64,000 nt of DNA, from positions 40,176,001 through 40,240,000 of the forward strand of contig JANJGN010000010.1 in NCBI GenBank assembly GCA_026770705.1, read 5' to 3'. The translations under genes were made by a program, and so were the position numbers. Positions 57,801-64,000 of the stretch are shown here, in pieces. The notes beneath the pieces were generated by a model. It had not been told where the DNA came from. It made no database searches and saw nothing but the letters and a program-made list of their open reading frames with translations. How positions within the stretch are numbered: position 1 is the stretch's first letter; each line of letters begins with the position of its first letter. The DNA comes from Isurus oxyrinchus. Lineage: Eukaryota.

Positions 57801-60800
57801 GATCTGTTTCTAAGGATAGGGAATCTCCATTTGCACTAATGGGGCAGACATTCCGTTTCTCCAATTCTGCATGAGTGATATCCACCTAGAGCTCGGCCAA
57901 GAACCTTCCTGTGGCACCTGATCACTCAGAGCATGATAGAGGGAGCCAAGAAAGCTTCCAAACAACAAGATTGTTCTGTTCACCTTTGCTTCTCATTTTG
58001 TTTAGTGTGTCAATCTTAAAAAAAACTGTTGGCCTGCATCATCACTGAGCTAGGCCTACATCATCAATGAGATTACGCAAACTGCAGCATTCTCCTACAT
58101 TCCCCATCATCAATATATTGTATTTCTTTTTATTTGGTAAAATACTGCTTCGTCAGGGGAATCTTCCAAATGCACAACCATTGGGATGGAGATCAGGAGA
58201 AGCAGCAGGTAGAGGGGCACACCAACACATGCAACTTCCTCTCTAAGACTTACAAAATCCGGACGTGGAAATATATGTCAATCCGTCATGGGCACTGAGT
58301 TGAAAACTGCCTCCCGATCAGCTCTGTGGATGTACCTACACCACACGGATTGCAGCAATTCCAGATCCAGCATTAGCATTATACCAAGGACAATTAATGA
58401 TGCTAATAAATGTACGATCTGTCAAAATTACCCACATCCCATCGGCAAATAAATGAAAGATTTGCGCAACTTACTATTTTCTTCATTCTTTTCACTGTCG
58501 GTTCCCTGTTCTTCATTTTTACTGTTAGGTTCACTTTTAGCATTTGTAGAGTTTCCCTGCAAATCTACATGAACAAAAATATACATGCCATTGTAAACTC
58601 ATTGCATACAGGCGCTGAAACTACACTGGTAATGCAGTTCAATAATCATAAAAGAATACCTATGTATTTTGTTAAGCTTAATGTGCCTTCATCTCAGGAC
58701 AGATATTATTATTTCTCAGCTAAGTGCTGCATGAGGGGCCTTCAGAATAATGCAAAATTTCATCTCACAGTGAATAATAGTGCCTTGTAGGCTTCGCTCC
58801 TTTTCCTCAATATACATCAATCAATTAGCTTCAAATATTATTGGTAGAATTGTACAACATAGATTCGCATGCTAGCGACATATCTTTTTGGGTTCAAATC
58901 ATTGTACCAAGAACGTACTTTAATGTAACGATACATCAATGAAGTTCTACGCTATAAAATGGATCTATTTCTGAATTCTCTATTTTGATCATTTTATCAA
59001 ATATTATGACCAGTGTGAGAATTCAGCATTCCATCCAAAATGAGTTAGTTTTCAGACAAGATATCTCCTCAAGTCCTGGACTGGAACATCAACACATATC
59101 CCCCTGACTGACAGAACAGGTTTCTGAATAATGGAGCTAATACTTCCTGGAATATGAGAAGGCACTTTGTGCTTTTGATTCTTTAGTGAAAAACAATTCA
59201 TATTTTCTCCATTTCAAAGAATACATAAGCCATTTCATTACAACTATAGCCTCCACCATCCATTGCAATCCCTTAGTATATTTACTTTCTCAGTACTTCC
59301 ACTAGCATGCCTTATTTCTGCTGACTTCTCTACATCCCTTCTTTATTATGTGTTCTCTGTACTTAACATAACATCAAGCAAAAGAAAGATATCTCAACTG
59401 GAGTATTTTTAATCCTTTCTGAGAAAGGAACCTCCACCCAATTCGACAAGCTGTATTTTTGCTCCTCAAGTCCAGTATTGATGATGTGACAGAAGGAAAA
59501 CAGAAAAGTGAATGCTAACTTTGTCTAAATAGACAAGTCCTGATCTGTTTCAAAGGATAGGGAATCTCCATTTGCACTAATGGGGCAGACATTCCGTTGC
59601 TCCAATTCTGCATGAGTGATATCCACCTGGAGCTCGGCCAAGAACCTTCCTGTGGCACCTGATCACTCAGAGCATGATAGAGGGAGCCAAGAAAGCGTCC
59701 AAGCAACAAGATTGTTCTGTTCACCTTTGCTTCTCATTTTGTTTAGTGTGTCAATCTCAAAAAAACTGTTGGCCAACATCATCACTGAGCTCGGCCTACA
59801 TCATCAATGAGATTTTGCAAACTGGAGCATTCTCCTACATTCCTCATCATCAATAAATTGTATTTCTATTTATTTGGTTAAATACTGCTTTGTCAGGGGA
59901 ATCTTCCAAATACACAACCATTGGGATGTAGATCAGGATAAGCAGCAGGTAGAGGGGCACACCAACACATGCAACTTCCTCTCTAAGACTTACAAAATCC
60001 GGACTTGGAAATATTTGTCAATCCTTCATGGGCACTGGGTTGAAAACCAGAAACTGCCTCCCGATCAGCTCTGTGGATGTACCTAGACCACACGGATTGC
60101 AGCAATTCCAGAACCATCATTAGCATCATACCAAGGACAATTAATGATGCTAATAAATGTACGATCTGTCAAAATTACCCACATCCCATCGGCAAATAAA
60201 TGAAAGATTTGCGCAACTTACTATTTTCTTCATTCTTTTCACTGTCGGTTCCCTGTTCTTCATTTTTACCGTTAGGTTCACTTTTAGCATTTGTAGAGTT
60301 TCCCTGCAAATCTACATGAACAAAAATATACATGCCATTGTAAACTCATTGCATACAGCCGCTGAAACTACACTGGTAATGCAGTTCAATAATCATAAAA
60401 GAATACCTATGTATTTAGTTAAGCTTAATGTTCCTTCATCTCAGGACAGATATTATTATTTCTCAGCTACGTGCTGCATGAGGGGCCTTCAGAATAATGC
60501 AAAATTTCATCTCGCAGTGAATAATAGTGCCTTGTAGGCTTCCCTCACTTTCCTCAATATACATCAATCAATTAGCTTCAAATATTATTGGTAAAATTGT
60601 ACAACGTAGATTCACATGCTAGTGACATATCTTTTTGGGTTTAAATCATTGTACCAAGAACATATTTTAATGTAACGATACATCAATGAAGTTCTACGCT
60701 GAAAAATGGATCTATTTCTGAATTCTCTAATTTGATCATTTTATCAAATATTATGACCAGTGTGAGAATTCAGCATTCCATCCAAAATGAGTTAGTTTTC

Positions 60801-63799
60801 AGACAAGATATCTGCTCAAGTCCTGGACTGGAACATCAACACATATCCCCCTGACTGACAGAACAGGTTTCTGAATAATGGAGCTAATACTTCCTGGAAT
60901 ATGAGAAGGCACTTTGTGCTTTTAATTCTTTAGTGAAAAACAGTTCATATTTTCTCCATTGCAAAGAATACATCAGCCATTTCATTACAACTATAGCCTC
61001 CACCATCCATTGGAATCCCTTAGTATATTTACTTTCTCAGTACTTCCACTAGCATGCCTTATTTCTGATGACTTCTCTACATCCCTTCTTTATTATGTGT
61101 TCTCTGTCCTTAACATAACATCAAGCCAAAGAAAGATATCTCAACTGGAGTATTTTCAATCCTTTCTGAGAAAGGAACCTCCACCCAATTAGACAAGCTG
61201 AATTTTTGCTCCTCAAGTCCAGTATTGATGATGTGACAGAAGGAAAACAGAAAAGTGAATGCTAACTTTGTCTAAATAGACAAGTCCTGATCTGTTTCTA
61301 AGGATAGGGAATCTCCATTTGCACTAATGGGGCAGACATTCCGTTTCTCCAATTCTGCATGAGTGATATCCACCTAGAGCTCGGCCAAGAACCTTCCTGT
61401 GGCACCTGATCACTCAGAGCATGATAGAGGGAGCCAAGAAAGCTTCCAAACAACAAGATTGTTCTGTTCACCTTTGCTTCTCATTTTGTTTAGTGTGTCA
61501 ATCTTAAAAAAAACTGTTGGCCTGCATCATCACTGAGCTAGGCCTACATCATCAATGAGATTACGCAAACTGCAGCATTCTCCTACATTCCCCATCATCA
61601 ATATATTGTATTTCTTTTTATTTGGTAAAATACTGCTTCGTCAGGGGAATCTTCCAAATGCACAACCATTGGGATGGAGATCAGGAGAAGCAGCAGGTAG
61701 AGGGGCACACCAACACATGCAACTTCCTCTCTAAGACTTACAAAATCCGGACGTGGAAATATATGTCAATCCGTCATGGGCACTGAGTTGAAAACTGCCT
61801 CCCGATCAGCTCTGTGGATGTACCTACACCACACGGATTGCAGCAATTCCAGATCCAGCATTAGCATTATACCAAGGACAATTAATGATGCTAATAAATG
61901 TACGATCTGTCAAAATTACCCACATCCCATCGGCAAATAAATGAAAGATTTGCGCAACTTACTATTTTCTTCATTCTTTTCACTGTCGGTTCCCTGTTCT
62001 TCATTTTTACTGTTAGGTTCACTTTTAGCATTTGTAGAGTTTCCCTGCAAATCTACATGAACAAAAATATACATGCCATTGTAAACTCATTGCATACAGG
62101 CGCTGAAACTACACTGGTAATGCAGTTCAATAATCATAAAAGAATACCTATGTATTTTGTTAAGCTTAATGTGCCTTCATCTCAGGACAGATATTATTAT
62201 TTCTCAGCTAAGTGCTGCATGAGGGGCCTTCAGAATAATGCAAAATTTCATCTCACAGTGAATAATAGTGCCTTGTAGGCTTCGCTCCTTTTCCTCAATA
62301 TACATCAATCAATTAGCTTCAAATATTATTGGTAGAATTGTACAACATAGATTCGCATGCTAGCGACATATCTTTTTGGGTTCAAATCATTGTACCAAGA
62401 ACGTACTTTAATGTAACGATACATCAATGAAGTTCTACGCTATAAAATGGATCTATTTCTGAATTCTCTATTTTGATCATTTTATCAAATATTATGACCA
62501 GTGTGAGAATTCAGCATTCCATCCAAAATGAGTTAGTTTTCAGACAAGATATCTCCTCAAGTCCTGGACTGGAACATCAACACATATCCCCCTGACTGAC
62601 AGAACAGGTTTCTGAATAATGGAGCTAATACTTCCTGGAATATGAGAAGGCACTTTGTGCTTTTGATTCTTTAGTGAAAAACAATTCATATTTTCTCCAT
62701 TTCAAAGAATACATAAGCCATTTCATTACAACTATAGCCTCCACCATCCATTGCAATCCCTTAGTATATTTACTTTCTCAGTACTTCCACTAGCATGCCT
62801 TATTTCTGCTGACTTCTCTACATCCCTTCTTTATTATGTGTTCTCTGTACTTAACATAACATCAAGCAAAAGAAAGATATCTCAACTGGAGTATTTTTAA
62901 TCCTTTCTGAGAAAGGAACCTCCACCCAATTCGACAAGCTGTATTTTTGCTCCTCAAGTCCAGTATTGATGATGTGACAGAAGGAAAACAGAAAAGTGAA
63001 TGCTAACTTTGTCTAAATAGACAAGTCCTGATCTGTTTCAAAGGATAGGGAATCTCCATTTGCACTAATGGGGCAGACATTCCGTTGCTCCAATTCTGCA
63101 TGAGTGATATCCACCTGGAGCTCGGCCAAGAACCTTCCTGTGGCACCTGATCACTCAGAGCATGATAGAGGGAGCCAAGAAAGCGTCCAAGCAACAAGAT
63201 TGTTCTGTTCACCTTTGCTTCTCATTTTGTTTAGTGTGTCAATCTCAAAAAAACTGTTGGCCAACATCATCACTGAGCTCGGCCTACATCATCAATGAGA
63301 TTTTGCAAACTGGAGCATTCTCCTACATTCCTCATCATCAATAAATTGTATTTCTATTTATTTGGTTAAATACTGCTTTGTCAGGGGAATCTTCCAAATA
63401 CACAACCATTGGGATGTAGATCAGGATAAGCAGCAGGTAGAGGGGCACACCAACACATGCAACTTCCTCTCTAAGACTTACAAAATCCGGACTTGGAAAT
63501 ATGTGTCAATCCTTCATGGGCACTGGGTTGAAAACCAGAAACTGCCTCCCGATTAGCTCTGTGGATGTACCTAGACCACACGGATTGCAGCAATTCCAGA
63601 ACCAGCATTAGCATCATACCATGGACAATTAATGATGCTAATAAATGTACGATCTGTCAAAATTACCCACATCCCATCAGCAAATAAGTGAAAGCTTTGC
63701 GCAACTTACTATTTTCTTCATTCTTTACACTGCCGGTTCCCTGTTCTTCATTTTTACTGTTAGGATCACTTTTAGCATTTGTAGAGTTCCCCTGCAAAT
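792..63799 (-). CDS. Putative spliced, partial gene: 37 tandem phase-1 exons separated by ~1.66-kb introns, encoding a 30-aa Asn/Glu/Ser-rich repeat; start and stop lie outside the window
   Basis: Each unit reads TTTTTGTTCATGTAG | 90 nt | GTAAGT on the minus strand. Exon length is a multiple of 3, no copy has a stop or frameshift, GAAGAA enhancer-like motifs are present, and the divergent copy gains exactly 30 nt in frame. Confidence 0.75.
882..2538 (-). other. Representative GT-AG intron (1,657 nt), forming the rest of the repeat unit
   Basis: Starts GTAAGTTGCG and ends TTGTTCATGTAG on the minus strand; all frame-breaking indels seen in the array fall in this part of the unit. Confidence 0.7.
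2539..2628 (-). CDS. Repeat exon (AKCDP variant)
   Basis: AG/GTAAGT intact, 90 nt, open. Confidence 0.7.
4287..4376 (-). CDS. Repeat exon (QGSDGVRNEEN)
   Basis: AG/GTAAGT intact, 90 nt, open. Confidence 0.7.
6035..6124 (-). CDS. Repeat exon (QGSDGVRNEEN)
   Basis: AG/GTAAGT intact, 90 nt, open. Confidence 0.7.
7777..7866 (-). CDS. Repeat exon (QGTDGVNNEEN)
   Basis: AG/GTAAGT intact, 90 nt, open. Confidence 0.7.
9525..9614 (-). CDS. Repeat exon (QGSDGVRNEEN)
   Basis: AG/GTAAGT intact, 90 nt, open. Confidence 0.7.
11273..11362 (-). CDS. Repeat exon (QGSDGVKNEEN)
   Basis: AG/GTAAGT intact, 90 nt, open. Confidence 0.7.
13014..13103 (-). CDS. Repeat exon (QGTGGVNNEEN)
   Basis: AG/GTAAGT intact, 90 nt, open. 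Confidence 0.7.
14762..14851 (-). CDS. Repeat exon (QGSDGVKNEEN)
   Basis: AG/GTAAGT intact, 90 nt, open. Confidence 0.7.
16504..16593 (-). CDS. Repeat exon (QGTDGVNNEEN)
   Basis: AG/GTAAGT intact, 90 nt, open. Confidence 0.7.
18252..18341 (-). CDS. Repeat exon (QGTDGVNNEEN)
   Basis: AG/GTAAGT intact, 90 nt, open. Confidence 0.7.
20000..20089 (-). CDS. Repeat exon (QGTDGVNNEEN)
   Basis: AG/GTAAGT intact, 90 nt, open. Confidence 0.7.
21748..21837 (-). CDS. Repeat exon (QGSDGVKNEEN)
   Basis: AG/GTAAGT intact, 90 nt, open. Confidence 0.7.
23496..23585 (-). CDS. Repeat exon (QGSDGVKNEEN)
   Basis: AG/GTAAGT intact, 90 nt, open. Confidence 0.7.
25239..25328 (-). pseudogene. Repeat exon with inactivated donor (GTAAGT>ATAAGT), probable pseudo-exon
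   Basis: Plus strand reads CAACTTATTA instead of CAACTTACTA (C>T at 25238); the frame itself is still open. Confidence 0.6.
26987..27076 (-). CDS. Repeat exon (KYEEQGTDSVKNAEN)
   Basis: AG/GTAAGT intact, 90 nt, open. Confidence 0.7.
28735..28824 (-). CDS. Repeat exon (QGSDGVKNEEN)
   Basis: AG/GTAAGT intact, 90 nt, open. Confidence 0.7.
30478..30567 (-). pseudogene. Repeat exon with inactivated donor (GTAAGT>ATAAGT), higher-order-repeat copy of 25239-25328
   Basis: C>T at 30477 on the plus strand. Confidence 0.6.
32226..32315 (-). CDS. Repeat exon (KYEEQGTDSVKNAEN)
   Basis: AG/GTAAGT intact, 90 nt, open. Confidence 0.7.
33969..34058 (-). CDS. Repeat exon (LEGNST...QGTDGVKNEEN)
   Basis: AG/GTAAGT intact, 90 nt, open. 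Confidence 0.7.
35716..35805 (-). CDS. Repeat exon (LEGNST...QGTDGLKNEEN)
   Basis: AG/GTAAGT intact, 90 nt, open; the same substitution creates a stop in the overlapping plus-strand ORF. Confidence 0.7.
37463..37552 (-). CDS. Repeat exon (LEGNST...QGTDGVKNEEN)
   Basis: AG/GTAAGT intact, 90 nt, open. Confidence 0.7.
39209..39298 (-). CDS. Repeat exon (QGTGGVKNEEN)
   Basis: AG/GTAAGT intact, 90 nt, open. Confidence 0.7.
40949..41038 (-). CDS. Repeat exon (SEPNGKNEEQGTDSEKNEEN)
   Basis: AG/GTAAGT intact, 90 nt, open. Confidence 0.7.
42694..42783 (-). CDS. Repeat exon (QGTNSEKNEEN)
   Basis: AG/GTAAGT intact, 90 nt, open. Confidence 0.7.
44442..44531 (-). CDS. Repeat exon (SEPNGKNEEQGTDSEKNEEN)
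   Basis: AG/GTAAGT intact, 90 nt, open. Confidence 0.7.
46183..46272 (-). CDS. Repeat exon (SEPNSKNEEQGTDSEKNEEN)
   Basis: AG/GTAAGT intact, 90 nt, open. Confidence 0.7.
47930..48019 (-). CDS. Repeat exon (QGTGSVKNEEN)
   Basis: AG/GTAAGT intact, 90 nt, open. Confidence 0.7.
49678..49767 (-). CDS. Repeat exon (NSENEEQGTDSEKNEDN)
   Basis: AG/GTAAGT intact, 90 nt, open. Confidence 0.7.
51437..51526 (-). CDS. Repeat exon (QGTDSEKNEEN)
   Basis: AG/GTAAGT intact, 90 nt, open. Confidence 0.7.
53185..53274 (-). CDS. Repeat exon (QGTDGVKNEEN)
   Basis: AG/GTAAGT intact, 90 nt, open. Confidence 0.7.
54932..55051 (-). CDS. Divergent 120-nt repeat exon: xSKGNSSNDKSEPTTEMVEVHNDKPANREQGMDGVNNEEN
   Basis: Acceptor TTTTTGTTCATGTAG and donor ATG|GTAAGT intact; phase 1-1; net +10 codons; contained within ORF-track entry 54885..55073(-). 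Confidence 0.75.
56734..56823 (-). CDS. Repeat exon (SEPNGKNEEQGTDSEKNEEN)
   Basis: AG/GTAAGT intact, 90 nt, open. Confidence 0.7.
58475..58564 (-). CDS. Repeat exon (SEPNSKNEEQGTDSEKNEEN)
   Basis: AG/GTAAGT intact, 90 nt, open. Confidence 0.7.
60222..60311 (-). CDS. Repeat exon (SEPNGKNEEQGTDSEKNEEN)
   Basis: AG/GTAAGT intact, 90 nt, open. Confidence 0.7.
61963..62052 (-). CDS. Repeat exon (SEPNSKNEEQGTDSEKNEEN)
   Basis: AG/GTAAGT intact, 90 nt, open. Confidence 0.7.
63710..63799 (-). CDS. Repeat exon (QGTGSVKNEEN)
   Basis: AG/GTAAGT intact, 90 nt, open. Confidence 0.7.
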
Positions 63800-64000
63800 C
63801 TACATGAACAAAAATATACATGCCATTGTAAACTCATTGCATACAGGTGCTGAAACTACACTGGTAATGCAGTTCAATAATCATAAAAGAATACCTATGT
63901 ATTTTGTTAAGCTTAATGTGCCTTCATCTCAGGACAGATATTATTATTTCTCAGCTAAGTGCTACATGAGGGGCCTTCAGAATAATGCAAAATTTCATCT

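Larger units (their letters stand above)
56500..63500. repeat. Two-unit higher-order repeat, 3,488-bp period, two near-identical copies; boundaries approximate
   Basis: ORF pairs 56669/60157, 57471/60959, 58410/61898 and 59515/63003 share private variants (FSATCC; a 7-nt deletion). Confidence 0.9.
1..64000. repeat. Tandem macrosatellite-like array, ~1,748-bp unit, ~36.6 copies, running off both window ends
   Basis: The same sequence recurs at ~1,740-1,760-bp spacing (ORF track starts 84, 1831, 3579, 5327 ... 63003); one unit is 1,792 bp. Copies differ only by scattered substitutions and small indels, apart from one divergent unit. Confidence 0.99.

Noticed and set aside
1-64000. CRISPR array, rDNA/5S, tRNA, snRNA or histone tandem cluster
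   Set aside because: There is no short repeat with unique spacers, and no recognisable rRNA, tRNA, snRNA or histone sequence in the unit.
1-64000. Autonomous transposon or retroelement origin of the unit
   Set aside because: I could see no transposase, reverse transcriptase or integrase motifs, LTR/PBS structure or target-site duplications.

Overview
The whole 64 kb window is one head-to-tail tandem array of a ~1,748-bp unit (about 36.6 copies, AT-rich, CpG-poor, eukaryotic-looking), with no unique flank at either end. The ORF-track peptides appear spurious. On the minus strand each unit carries one short exon-like cassette: a pyrimidine-rich acceptor (TATATTTTTGTTCATGTAG), a 90-nt phase-1/phase-1 exon and a consensus GTAAGT donor. 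It encodes a 30-aa Asn/Glu/Ser/Lys-rich module, (N)LQGNSTNAKSDPNSKNEEQG(S/T)DGVKNEEN, stop-free in all 37 copies as read by eye. One divergent unit near 55 kb has a 120-nt in-frame version with both splice sites kept, and two copies have lost the donor GT. The best reading is the interior of a large spliced gene whose single exon+intron unit was amplified into a macrosatellite, giving at least ~1,060 aa of hydrophilic repeat with one N-glycosylation sequon per module. The array also shows 3-unit and 2-unit higher-order duplications, two sequence subfamilies and mosaic units. Gene identity, organism and actual transcription cannot be established from this window.
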